64,000 bases of DNA from Desulfatiglandales bacterium. GTDB taxonomy: Bacteria; Desulfobacterota; DSM-4660; Desulfatiglandales; Desulfatiglandaceae. Numbering within the stretch: the stretch's first letter is position 1; the number at the start of each line of letters is the position of its first letter. Position numbers and translations under genes: made by a program. The notes beneath the pieces are model-generated. The model did not search any database. It saw only the letters and a program-made list of their open reading frames with translations, and was not told where the DNA came from. Below, piece by piece: positions 9,470-19,512 of the stretch. The stretch spans positions 6,432,001-6,496,000 of the forward strand of contig OY759599.1 of assembly GCA_963662465.1 (NCBI GenBank), written 5' to 3'.

Positions 9470-10691
9470 TTTCCACGGCCCTTAACAAACGGATCAACTC
9501 ATGACGATTATGCTCGAATTCAGTCCTTTTGGCTTCCAGCGATCTTTGTATTTCTTCACGTCTTTTCACGAGTTCCGACAGAATATTATCGATAGGTGCA
9601 GCAAAACCAGAATATACCCATCTCTCAAGGCCCAATAGTTTCATTATCCCTTCAGTTTTGTGGCTATAGGAAATTGCCAAAGTCGGTACACAGGAGGATA
9701 ATGCCGCAATGTTTGCGTGCATTCTCGCACCGATGAAGATCCGGCATTGACTAATTAGTCCCTTGAGTTCGTCGGCTTTGTAGTGGCCCTTTAATAGAGA
9801 AATATGAGCTTTGTGTTCTGAAAGTTTGTAAAGATTTCTGCAGGCAATCCTATCATCATGCCTTTCTGTGTCCGGCCCGGTTACATGGGGTATCAAAAGT
9901 ATATTTGCATTTAATTTGTTTACACAAAAATCAATGGCATCTAACATTGAATTAAAATAGTTTTTTTCCACATTACAATTTGAGTCAGAACGAAATCGAA
10001 CAAAAGACTGACTAACTGAAATGCCGACTATAGGTAAATGGGTATTTATTTTTTCCGATCCAATAATTTCTTTTAGCCGGTCTTTGTTCGCTGGTTTAAG
10101 CCAAAACCCTACATCATTAATAATGACATTGCTAATGGTTTTGATACCAAGGCCCTTTAGAATGATATTCGTAATTGGCTCACGTGGAATGACTAGCTTG
10201 CATCTATTAAAAATATATTTCGCAAAGATTCTGTTTCGTTGATAAATATACGGTCCGATTGACTGAGGTAAAATGACAATCTTTCGTTTATAGCATATGG
10301 AAGGTAGAAAATGCAGGAGCTCTTCGAATGAGTTCTTCTTACCATAATGATCAGATAAAGTATCTCCGGAAATATCTACCACAAGGTCAGCTTTTTGAAG
10401 GACGTGACTGTCACGATGATCGAGCAGTCTTTTTACAAGGCTTGTGGACAACTTATTTAAAAATAAGCCGAACAAAAGTCTTTTATATCCGTAGCCATAT
10501 GCTAAAAATGGACTTACATTCAAACGGTATTTTTTTATTATTCTTTGTGTGGGTTGTAAATCACTTTTGGAAACAGGAACGTAGAGACGCGGAGACTTAA
10601 ATGTCTGCTCAAGCAAGTTTATAGTGCTGAATAGCATGGCAACAGCACCTTCGTTATGTAAGAATCCCGCTCCTTGGATTATGATATCCAT
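9462..10691 (-). CDS. Polysaccharide pyruvyl transferase (WcaK-like)
   Basis: NEGAVAM, SGD..SDHYG, PQSIGP, RMHANIAAL, YSHK. Confidence 0.88.
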   Translation of the reverse strand: MDIIIQGAGFLHNEGAVAMLFSTINLLEQTFKSPRLYVPVSKSDLQPTQRIIKKYRLNVSPFLAYGYGYKRLLFGLFLNKLSTSLVKRLLDHRDSHVLQKADLVVDISGDTLSDHYGKKNSFEELLHFLPSICYKRKIVILPQSIGPYIYQRNRIFAKYIFNRCKLVIPREPITNIILKGLGIKTISNVIINDVGFWLKPANKDRLKEIIGSEKINTHLPIVGISVSQSFVRFRSDSNCNVEKNYFNSMLDAIDFCVNKLNANILLIPHVTGPDTERHDDRIACRNLYKLSEHKAHISLLKGHYKADELKGLISQCRIFIGARMHANIAALSSCVPTLAISYSHKTEGIMKLLGLERWVYSGFAAPIDNILSELVKRREEIQRSLEAKRTEFEHNRHELIRLLRAVENE

Positions 10692-10780
10692 TGTTTACCT
10701 CCACACTGAAGGGCAGAGAGAATGGCGAAGTTTCGGCCGTTGCCGGAAAAAGAAGCCACACCCATAGATCGGAAGCTCAT

Positions 10781-12313
10781 TTAGCCTGCACGACCAACGC
10801 GCAGCCTTCCGATTCTATCACGGATTTTCAAGTAATACTTTTTCTCATCTTTAGAGAATGCAATTAAATAAATAATTGGAAAATATGAGAGTGAAAAAAA
10901 ACATGCGATCGACAAGCGAAGGTAGTCTGGGACCAAAAACGGCGTTATGATAAAATATAATCCAAATATCAGTAAGCTGGATTTGATAAAGCTATACAGC
11001 AATCCGCCAAAGTAAAATTCATAGAAAGTAATAAAACTCACCTTTTTACTTGTCAGATAGGGTACAAATATTAACTTAGATACAACCATCGGCAACATGG
11101 TACCTAGTGCAACCCCTACTATCCCATAATTTCTGACAAGAATTAGGCTTAATGATATATTGACAAAACCTTCACCAATATTACAGAACATAATTATCTG
11201 ATGTTCGGAAATCCCACGAAGCAGATTTATTGTTGGCACCTGCGAAAGAGCAATAGTAAGGCCAAAAGTGAGCACAGTCAAAACAACATAACTTTCATCG
11301 AAACCAGCCCCCATCCAACGCTGAATAAAAGGTTTGCCCGTTATTATGAGCATCCCCCCCAAATATACGCTCAGCACCGTTGAAATCTTGACAAGAAAAA
11401 AATATGTATTTCTTAGACCATCAAGGTCATTTTTTCCTTCCAGATGACTGAAGACCGGAACTGTTTGTCCCAAAAAGGCAGAGATCGCCTCAACAAAGTA
11501 GTTGCTTATTTTATTCGCTATTGCGTACGGAGTTACTGCTGAAAGGCCCACAAATTTCGCAATAACAAAATAGTCAATTTTGAATCTAAGCACGTCTCCA
11601 ATTGCAGCAATTATGTTTTTATAGCTATAGTTGAAAAGCAGTTTAAATGTACTTGAATTGACGTTGTATAATTTAATTTTTATGTCTTTTTCCCTGATAG
11701 AGAAGAATGCTATGAGAAAGACGTAACCAAAGGAGTCAACCACAAGTGTAATGATTGCCATTGAAACTATGGTGTATTCGTACGAAAGAAAAATGTATAT
11801 TAGTATTGATCGTACTATTGCCTTTACTAAATCAATCTTGGCAAGCAAATCATACATCAATTTCGATTCAAAATATCCCAACAACGTTTTCATGGGAAAG
11901 CCAATGGCGGCGCTCATACCCATTACAATGACCAATGTATTGAAGATTCTGGCTGCTGCCTCTTTTGCGAACCATATGTGCAGGGGGTGAATGAGCAAAA
12001 TGAAAAAGATAGCAATAGAAGCGCCAATTATTGAAAACAGAAATAGAGAGGATGAAAAGACTTCATTGATTTTCTGAATATCATTGTTTGCATAGTATTT
12101 TGGAAAATATCTTTTTAAAGCAGAGCTCAATCCAAGATCCAAAAATCCGCTAACACCTATAAGACTGCTGATTAGACTCCACAAGCCGAACATTTCCTCT
12201 CCAAGCTGTTTGATGATGAAAGGAGTGAGGAAAAAAGTTATTATGACCATAACGCCTAAAGTCAAAAATCTCCAAATTGAACCAGAAATTAGCTTATTTC
12301 CAATATTTTCCAT
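10781..12313 (-). CDS. wzx: Oligosaccharide flippase (Wzx, MOP family)
   Basis: Multi-TM 510-aa protein with LTPFIIKQLG..FGLW..DLGL pattern, inside a polysaccharide locus. Confidence 0.85.
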   Translation of the reverse strand: MENIGNKLISGSIWRFLTLGVMVIITFFLTPFIIKQLGEEMFGLWSLISSLIGVSGFLDLGLSSALKRYFPKYYANNDIQKINEVFSSSLFLFSIIGASIAIFFILLIHPLHIWFAKEAAARIFNTLVIVMGMSAAIGFPMKTLLGYFESKLMYDLLAKIDLVKAIVRSILIYIFLSYEYTIVSMAIITLVVDSFGYVFLIAFFSIREKDIKIKLYNVNSSTFKLLFNYSYKNIIAAIGDVLRFKIDYFVIAKFVGLSAVTPYAIANKISNYFVEAISAFLGQTVPVFSHLEGKNDLDGLRNTYFFLVKISTVLSVYLGGMLIITGKPFIQRWMGAGFDESYVVLTVLTFGLTIALSQVPTINLLRGISEHQIIMFCNIGEGFVNISLSLILVRNYGIVGVALGTMLPMVVSKLIFVPYLTSKKVSFITFYEFYFGGLLYSFIKSSLLIFGLYFIITPFLVPDYLRLSIACFFSLSYFPIIYLIAFSKDEKKYYLKIRDRIGRLRVGRAG

Positions 12314-12351
12314 TGTTTGGGTGCCAGGGATAGAAGAGCATTTTTTTTAGT

Positions 12352-13551
12352 TCATTTAATCTTTCTATCTGGCAGATAAGAATAACGGGGAATTATATAA
12401 TCCCTATACCTGTTCGGGTTTCCTTCTTCACCGCACTCTGCCGCCTTTACTATATTATACATCTCTCTTGCTGATACGTAGTGAAGAGCGAACTTTTTCA
12501 TATCATTGTACTCTTCTTCAAGATAACTAAACATTGTGTCAGAGTCCTTGTTTAACAAAATCTCGCTATCTGCTTTTTCAGCGCTCGCCCCATGTCCATG
12601 GATCTTAATGAATATCCAATTTGGTCTTCCTTTAAGATGTATTCCTTTATTTATCCAGTAGTCAATACGGGCTGGAAATGGGACATCGCTACTGGACATA
12701 TTAGATTGCTCCAGGCTTGGTCTGAATAAGTGAATACGAGATTTCCATCGCAAGCCAATAATTCCCTGAATAAAAAGTAGGCCTTTTGTTTGCCTAATTC
12801 CAACTTTGGCGACCGAATGGAGTTTATTGTATCCCTTTGGGTAGGAAGAACAGCTTTGGCCGTAAAAGATTGTATTAGCAAATTTTGGCTGTGCCTCGTT
12901 TGATATTGGGAAAGTAAAATCTGCATAACATCCGGTCTCTTCCAAGACGGAAAGTTCGTCATTAACACCGCAATGCTCACCATTTTTCAGAGAGTTCGCG
13001 AGTGCCCAGTCTCCGTGAATAAACCCGTATGCCTTTCGACCCTCAGGAAGACAAAAAATGCCATATCTTGAATACGTTTCTATGCAGTCAAGAATTTTCT
13101 TTTTGAGGGATAAGCTGTCATCCGGCCAAGGTTGTTGTCTGTCATGGTGGAGATGCATTTCCACTTCTCCGAATCCTTGGGAACACAATTTAGCAATTTT
13201 TTCCAAATGATCATGAGTGTCGTAGTGGGGGGGAAAGAAAAACGTGTGTTGGGGACACACTCCGTCGCTGTCTTTATGATTGCCAGCTAACTTCGGATAT
13301 CGTTCGACCCAGGCATTAACCCTTAATATTTGCTCTTCCAGGCTTGCATTTCCATTTCCTGGTTCAAAATGGTCAACAAAAGCAAACATAATGTGGATGG
13401 GTCCTTTCGACTTCGACTGGAAAAACCTGATTATGCTTCTTTTTAAATCCGAAAATATCCAGTACTGCATCTTTTTTTTGAAGATGCCGAGCAAAAGTAA
13501 ACCAAACATCAGGAGGAAGACTATGGCGAAACTTGATCCTAAGAATAACAA
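12352..13551 (-). CDS. Conserved hypothetical protein with N-terminal membrane anchor and His/Asp-rich putative metal site
   Basis: VDHFEP, GEVEMHLHH, FIHGDWAL, CGVNDE, KIHGHG, LHYVSAREMYN; start uncertain. Confidence 0.75.
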   Translation of the reverse strand: MLFLGSSFAIVFLLMFGLLLLGIFKKKMQYWIFSDLKRSIIRFFQSKSKGPIHIMFAFVDHFEPGNGNASLEEQILRVNAWVERYPKLAGNHKDSDGVCPQHTFFFPPHYDTHDHLEKIAKLCSQGFGEVEMHLHHDRQQPWPDDSLSLKKKILDCIETYSRYGIFCLPEGRKAYGFIHGDWALANSLKNGEHCGVNDELSVLEETGCYADFTFPISNEAQPKFANTIFYGQSCSSYPKGYNKLHSVAKVGIRQTKGLLFIQGIIGLRWKSRIHLFRPSLEQSNMSSSDVPFPARIDYWINKGIHLKGRPNWIFIKIHGHGASAEKADSEILLNKDSDTMFSYLEEEYNDMKKFALHYVSAREMYNIVKAAECGEEGNPNRYRDYIIPRYSYLPDRKIK

Positions 13552-13590
13552 TACTCAGGCCCCAGTTATATTTCGACTGGCGTTCTTCAT

Positions 13591-14295
13591 TCAGACCGCC
13601 GGCTCAGGGATGACATCGTACCTGTTTTTTCTGTTTGGCCGCTTTTCTGCCAGCACAATGATTTCCTCTGAATATAATCTGAAAATGTATCTTTTTTTCT
13701 TTATAATTAATCCGGCATTGCCCAATAACTCGGAAATGTCTGCTAATGAAAGCGATTTTTCCTGTATTGTCTTCGGTGAGATAAATCTTTTTGAAAAGCG
13801 CTTAAATTTAGCAAAGAAGGAATCATAGGAGAAGGAGACGATTAAGAACCTACTTGTTACTCTATTTATCTCTTCTGCTATTGATAGTTTCGTGGAATCC
13901 GGTATTAGGTGCATTAATTTAATCGTGAGCACACAGGAAAAAGAATTGGAACAAAAAGGCATAGCGCAACCATCTAGAGCCAATGCACCCCAAAAAGAAG
14001 GACAATGCTTTTTTTGAATTCTCAATTTGGTATGTTTGAGCATTTCGTAGGAAACATCCGCTACAAGAATTTTATACCCCTCGTTCATCAATAGACTATC
14101 TAACCGCCCGGTTCCACAGGGCATATCCAATATCGTAGATCCTTTCGGAACAGCTTTCATCAATACTTTGATAGCATTTCGTTGTAATCTGGCATAAAAT
14201 TTGCCTTTCAGGCTTGAGAATCTAACTTTGTCGTATTCATTTACAGTATTTGTCTTTCTGTATCCATATTTTGCTTCATAGGATAAATTGTTCAT
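13591..14295 (-). CDS. Class I SAM-dependent methyltransferase
   Basis: ILDMPCGTGR motif I; ADVSYEML. Confidence 0.88.
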   Translation of the reverse strand: MNNLSYEAKYGYRKTNTVNEYDKVRFSSLKGKFYARLQRNAIKVLMKAVPKGSTILDMPCGTGRLDSLLMNEGYKILVADVSYEMLKHTKLRIQKKHCPSFWGALALDGCAMPFCSNSFSCVLTIKLMHLIPDSTKLSIAEEINRVTSRFLIVSFSYDSFFAKFKRFSKRFISPKTIQEKSLSLADISELLGNAGLIIKKKRYIFRLYSEEIIVLAEKRPNRKNRYDVIPEPAV

Positions 14296-14372
14296 GTTTT
14301 ATGACTCTAATTTAATCCGTAAATTTGTCGCCAAAATGCTACACCAAAATACTTTAAAAAAACATGCAATTT

Positions 14373-15440
14373 TTAAATTATTGGTATTTTTTTTAAATAA
14401 GACTCTATTTTGAACAATACACCCGATAACTTTCGGCGATAGATACACTGCAAGTACATTGAAGCGAATTTGCCAATTACGGGATTGATCCTATTCATTG
14501 TTAAATGATGACGCATACATGATTTCAATAGTGCCTGTAACTCATAGACAGAAAGCACAAATCGCAACTCAGCATCTATGTTTTGTGGTTGAAAATAGGT
14601 TTGTAAAAAAATGCTTTTATACCGGGCTGAATGTTTTCTACTGAAAAGGTATAGATAAGGCATAAGCTCCATGGCTACTAAAAAGGCGGAAATGTCTTGC
14701 GCTACCGGCTCAATTCTGTTTGAATCAATGTCTAGTACCGTAATCGCACGATCATGGATAATAATATTGGACAAACCAAAATCTCCATTTCGATTTGCAT
14801 ACTCACATAAAACCTTACTCTTAATTAAGAGGAGTTGGTTTAGAACTCTTTCAATTTCAAATAAAATCTTGCCACTAAACGCAAACTTGTTCCTTTTCCC
14901 TTCATAAGGCTGCCTGTCGGAGAGGTACCGCATGTATCGAATTGTATCTTCGAAATATCGCTCATTTATCGCTTCTTTCTTCGCTGTTTTTGCTATTGAA
15001 TGAAACGTCCTCAACCACAATGCGCAGAGCTTGATGATTTCAGCTATTTCTGCCTTGTCAACCTTTTTGAATATCCTATGAATATTTTTAAAAATACGAT
15101 GTAGGTTATCTCCAGGGACAGCTTCTGTCAGTAAAATGTTTAAGTCTTCAATGAAATCCAGCGGACGAGGGCATGCAATATTGGGATTGGTGTTTATTTT
15201 GTTAAACTGCCGGTAATGATTAAATTCAGTAAGACCTTCGTTGTTTTGTTCACTTCTCGGTGTGCATTTTGCGAACACCTTTTTTGTCACGCTTTCTGAT
15301 TCTATCTTACAATAATACATTTGATAAGTTGACCCAACGTATGGCGTAACCATTACCGAATACCTTTCTCCCAAATCAGGGAAGTAGGTCTTTGCATTTT
15401 TGAGGATGTGATTCTTGATCAACGTGGATTTATGAGACAT
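14373..15440 (-). CDS. APH/kinase-like phosphotransferase
   Basis: VFAK; LLTEAVPG; NGDFGLSNII (HGDxxxxN-like); VLD. Confidence 0.7.
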   Translation of the reverse strand: MSHKSTLIKNHILKNAKTYFPDLGERYSVMVTPYVGSTYQMYYCKIESESVTKKVFAKCTPRSEQNNEGLTEFNHYRQFNKINTNPNIACPRPLDFIEDLNILLTEAVPGDNLHRIFKNIHRIFKKVDKAEIAEIIKLCALWLRTFHSIAKTAKKEAINERYFEDTIRYMRYLSDRQPYEGKRNKFAFSGKILFEIERVLNQLLLIKSKVLCEYANRNGDFGLSNIIIHDRAITVLDIDSNRIEPVAQDISAFLVAMELMPYLYLFSRKHSARYKSIFLQTYFQPQNIDAELRFVLSVYELQALLKSCMRHHLTMNRINPVIGKFASMYLQCIYRRKLSGVLFKIESYLKKIPII

Positions 15441-15455
15441 TTATCCCTTCCGAAC

Positions 15456-16724
15456 TTACCATACCTGCCTGAGAAATAGATACCATGCAATCAGTACGGC
15501 GATGGTGATTCCGAAAATGTTCTTATTCCAGAGATGAGCTGTTTCTATAGGGAAAAGTATGCCTTCAGCACTGACTTCATCAGTGTCGCCAAGGGCCAGC
15601 CTGCCCATCGTTCCAACCAAAGCAACGCAAATTAGAAAAATCAGGTCGTATGTTCTGGTCGAAAAGACGGAGGCGGCAATATAGGAAACAAAGAACGCTC
15701 CAAAACCGGCATAATATGGACGCCATTTTTCGTCAAAAACCGGTTTCTGTAGACTTAAAATAGTCAATGCTACGGCATAGATCATCCCTATGAAGGCATA
15801 TAGACCCAACAGCCCCAATTCAGCGCCTGCACGAACATAGGAACTGTGCGTATCCTTTTTATGATGCTCACGAAATTGGTCCTTTCCAACGCCAGTTATT
15901 GGGTTGCTTTTTAGAAGTTGCCATCCCTTAGCCCAGGCCTCTATCCTACCCATGGCTGATTCATCTTCCCGATATCCGGTTGATTGTGCCACTCCGACGG
16001 CTATAATGCCCGTAATTGCCAAAAGCATTAACTGGCGTTTTCTTTTTGGATTGTTGATCCATAAATAGAACCAGGTACCCAAAGAGGCAGCCAATGCAAC
16101 TTGTCCACCTCTTGACTTTGTAAGATAGATGCAGTATCCAGAGACTATCAGAAGAATGAGGGCGATAATTCTACCCAGGAAGCCTTTTGTTTGAAAGAGG
16201 AGGCCCAATGCGAAAGGGACAACGAGAACAACGGAATAGGCTAAGTCATTAGGATTATCAAAATTCCCAATGCCTTTGATCTGCCAAACGCCTTTGTCAC
16301 CAGCAAAAATCATGCCCGCTCCGGTTATGTCATAACCATAGTGTTGCAGAACACCCATTAGGGCTACCAATCCCATAAGAATGACCATTGCCCAGACTGT
16401 TTTTGTAAACCTATCCTCACTGTTTACAACTATGATGATAAAGTAATAAATCAGAGCTGTTTTCATTGTTGCGATTGCAGTGTCGACGACATAGGACAAC
16501 CAAAACAAACTTAAAGTAGACAGCACAATAGATGCAAGGAACAGCCCTGTATATTTATCCTGAGGACTTTTAATCAGCTTTTTCTCAATCGGGCTAAATA
16601 AAAGACCAATAAGCAACGTGACCATCAAATATAATACCAAACGCGTACCCTGCAGACCCGGAACAAAATCCTGGGGGCGAATGATTTGAAGGAATATAAA
16701 CAGGAGTAAGCCGAAAAACAGCAT
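15456..16724 (-). CDS. O-antigen ligase/Wzy-like polymerase
   Basis: Multi-TM; NPNDLA, TKSRGG, GRIEAW..NPITGVG, HSSY..AELG. Confidence 0.85.
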   Translation of the reverse strand: MLFFGLLLFIFLQIIRPQDFVPGLQGTRLVLYLMVTLLIGLLFSPIEKKLIKSPQDKYTGLFLASIVLSTLSLFWLSYVVDTAIATMKTALIYYFIIIVVNSEDRFTKTVWAMVILMGLVALMGVLQHYGYDITGAGMIFAGDKGVWQIKGIGNFDNPNDLAYSVVLVVPFALGLLFQTKGFLGRIIALILLIVSGYCIYLTKSRGGQVALAASLGTWFYLWINNPKRKRQLMLLAITGIIAVGVAQSTGYREDESAMGRIEAWAKGWQLLKSNPITGVGKDQFREHHKKDTHSSYVRAGAELGLLGLYAFIGMIYAVALTILSLQKPVFDEKWRPYYAGFGAFFVSYIAASVFSTRTYDLIFLICVALVGTMGRLALGDTDEVSAEGILFPIETAHLWNKNIFGITIAVLIAWYLFLRQVW

Positions 16725-16817
16725 TATCTTATGGCTACGTTTGAAGTGAAGCAAACAGATGTCGGTAGGAATGACGCATTGTGTACCGATGAGGTTGCGG
16801 CGTTTGTATCTTGATGT

Positions 16818-17960
16818 TTACAGAGCCGAATTGTTTTGGAACCCGGATAATTTGTCATAAAAGGTTGCGTATTTCTTAATCATCCTATTCAATGAGAATT
16901 TTTCCTCAACGGTTCGCTTTGCATTAGATCCAAGCCTGCCTGCGAGATCCGTGTTTGTTGTCAGCGATGCAATCGCCTCAATAAATTTTCCAAGGTCATT
17001 GGAAGGGTAAAGGATGCCATTTTTCATATGATCAATGATTTCAGGGCATCCCCCGACATTAGCAGAAATCACGGGGAGGCTCATTGCCATGGCTTGAAGC
17101 AGCACGTTGGGGAAACCCTCCTTCAATGAACAAAGGACAAAGACGTCCATGAGGGAGAGATACTCGCCCACATTCCGGGAGTAACCGGTAAAAATTATTG
17201 CTTTTTCGAGATGGTATTTCAGGGCCATACGCTTGATATCATCCAGATCATAACCGCCTCCCACGCAGATAAGCTTCAAGTTTTTGTTTCTATGAAATAG
17301 AATCTTAAATGCCTTTATCAGGAATGGATAGTTTTTTATTTTTCTGAAATTCGCGACTGTCCCCAATACAAAATCATTTTTTTCTATGCCATGGATTTTT
17401 CTGAATCTTTCAGCTTGGGATATCTCTTTCCTGAAAAAATCAATATCGATGCCGTTTTTTATAACTGATATTTTCTTTTCAGGGACGAAAAATGTTTTGA
17501 ATAATTCCCGTGATTTTCCAGAATTGCAAAGCACTTTGTTTGTCAATTTCAATAAGATTACAAGAAAAAATTTATGGCGGACACCATAGTGGTGAAGCAG
17601 ATCAACCGAATGGTGGATAGTTTTTATTCTTCGGCTGCTCATGCATTTTATGGCCGTCGACAGAAACAATTCCTTCAAACCAAAAGAGTTTATGATCGAA
17701 ATATGATTTTTTATAACATATTTATAGATTTTCCATGCCTTATTTAATTCTAAATAACCTCTCGTAACAGGTTCAACATGAACCCTGGCATTAGTTTCGA
17801 GAAATTCGGGAAGCAACGCCAGATTTTTACTCGTCACGCAAATGTGCATCTTGATATGAGGAGGGAAATGCCTTGCAAAGTCGAGCAGCCTCATCTCTGG
17901 GCCACCGCGTTCCAGATCATATATTAGGAACAGAACATTTATTGATTCCGAATTCCACAT
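16818..17960 (-). CDS. GT4-family glycosyltransferase
   Basis: LERGGPE, KIKNY, EGFPNVLLQAMA. Confidence 0.9.
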   Translation of the reverse strand: MWNSESINVLFLIYDLERGGPEMRLLDFARHFPPHIKMHICVTSKNLALLPEFLETNARVHVEPVTRGYLELNKAWKIYKYVIKNHISIINSFGLKELFLSTAIKCMSSRRIKTIHHSVDLLHHYGVRHKFFLVILLKLTNKVLCNSGKSRELFKTFFVPEKKISVIKNGIDIDFFRKEISQAERFRKIHGIEKNDFVLGTVANFRKIKNYPFLIKAFKILFHRNKNLKLICVGGGYDLDDIKRMALKYHLEKAIIFTGYSRNVGEYLSLMDVFVLCSLKEGFPNVLLQAMAMSLPVISANVGGCPEIIDHMKNGILYPSNDLGKFIEAIASLTTNTDLAGRLGSNAKRTVEEKFSLNRMIKKYATFYDKLSGFQNNSAL

Positions 17961-17979
17961 CGAGTCACACTTTTCCTTT

Positions 17980-19122
17980 TTACCAGAGTTTTCTGGGATT
18001 CAGAGCTAGCTTCAGCGGCGCCAGAAATGCGAAATAATTTAGAAAAATGATACTTCTAAAAATTCTGGTAAATTTGGATAGTAACCTGAATCGCCCTTTC
18101 ATGGGAGGTAGAAATGAAATCAGAAAAAAGAGCGCAACGGTTGCGAGAAAAAGGTAAGAATAAACATCTTCTAATTTCAATGCGACAAATAGAAGTGTAA
18201 TCAGGCAATATGGAATTAACAGCCTGAAAATTTTATGGCTCATGAATCTTATCCATAACGGATTCTTCAATGGATTCAGAAGCGCTGGTTCCAAAAAAAG
18301 CAACTGCCAGTTGCCGGCAAGAGTCCTTATTTTTCTTTTCTTTTCCAAATCAAGGGTATTTGAAACAACATCGTAGGCGATTGCTTTGTTTTCAAAAACG
18401 GTCCTGTATCCCAGCATGCACACATGCATCGGAACCAGCACGTCATCCAAGAGTGTTTGAACCGGAAGCGGTCGAAACAGCTTTTTTCTGATAGCGTATA
18501 TGGCCCCCGTGGCGCCCGGCACGGAACCCGTGGCGCTCTCAAGTTTTCTTAGCCATTTCTCAAAGCGCCAGTAAGCTCCCATTTCGGATTGTATTGAACT
18601 TCCAGGCGTTTCTTCAAAAACCAGTTCTCCGCTTACACATCCCACTTTCCGGTCACCGAAATTTTTGACCAGTTCTTTAATGGCGTTATCGTCAAATCGC
18701 TGTCTGCAATCCGCGAAAACAACAATATCGCCGGTGGCGGAAGCCACACCCGTATTTATGCAAAAAGGTTTTCCAAGAGAAGGCTCGTGAGAATGCATTC
18801 TTAAAAAGCCTTTCGTCAAACCGTCGGTTTCATGTATAATTGTTTTCACGATATCATCAGTTGCGTCCATAGAACCATCGGATACAATAATTATCTCCAG
18901 TTTTTCTTTTGGATAATCCTGGTTCATTATGTTGCGTATGCGTCGCTCTATGTTTTTCGCTTCATTTCGAGCTGCAATGACAATGGATACGCGAGGGAAA
19001 TCTTCCATATGCCCGTATGAAATCGGATATTTTTTAAATACGGATTTAATGTAGAGCCCCAAAGGGTAGCCCAGATAGGTATAAAAAATGAGGAATAGCA
19101 GTATCCAGAAAAGGAATTCCAT
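17980..19122 (-). CDS. GT2-family membrane glycosyltransferase
   Basis: VSIVIAARNE, SDGSMD, GATGAIYAIR, LLDD; terminal TM segments. Confidence 0.9.
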   Translation of the reverse strand: MEFLFWILLFLIFYTYLGYPLGLYIKSVFKKYPISYGHMEDFPRVSIVIAARNEAKNIERRIRNIMNQDYPKEKLEIIIVSDGSMDATDDIVKTIIHETDGLTKGFLRMHSHEPSLGKPFCINTGVASATGDIVVFADCRQRFDDNAIKELVKNFGDRKVGCVSGELVFEETPGSSIQSEMGAYWRFEKWLRKLESATGSVPGATGAIYAIRKKLFRPLPVQTLLDDVLVPMHVCMLGYRTVFENKAIAYDVVSNTLDLEKKRKIRTLAGNWQLLFLEPALLNPLKNPLWIRFMSHKIFRLLIPYCLITLLFVALKLEDVYSYLFLATVALFFLISFLPPMKGRFRLLSKFTRIFRSIIFLNYFAFLAPLKLALNPRKLW

Positions 19123-19425
19123 TTTTTCTTAAGTTCGGGCTTATCTTGGCCCCAATAGAACAGCTCTGACCCGATATCTTTGATTACAATTATGTTCCCT
19201 TATCGTATCTGTTTTCATGGCTCCGCTTGGTGGGTTACGAAATACTCCAAATCGCATCCCATTTTTATCAGATAAATTGAGGGTAGTACCCGTTTGCAAA
19301 TTGATGCATATTACGCCGAACTCTATACTAGTCAGGCGTAAAATGCAACGCAGACAATGAAATTTTCAGCGGGAATTTAAGCAGGCTGCTCAGAAAAAAA
19401 CGGTTTCCTGATCTAAATATCATTG

Positions 19426-19455
19426 TTGCCATTTATAGGTCGATGTTGTTATAAT
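19426..19455 (+). promoter_or_regulatory. Sigma70-type promoter for the export operon
   Basis: TTGCCA-N18-TATAAT with extended -10 TG. Confidence 0.55.
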
Positions 19456-19512
19456 ACTAGAGATGCTGGGTTTAAGCCTGATATATTGAAACAGAAAAAG
19501 GGTTTATAAACG

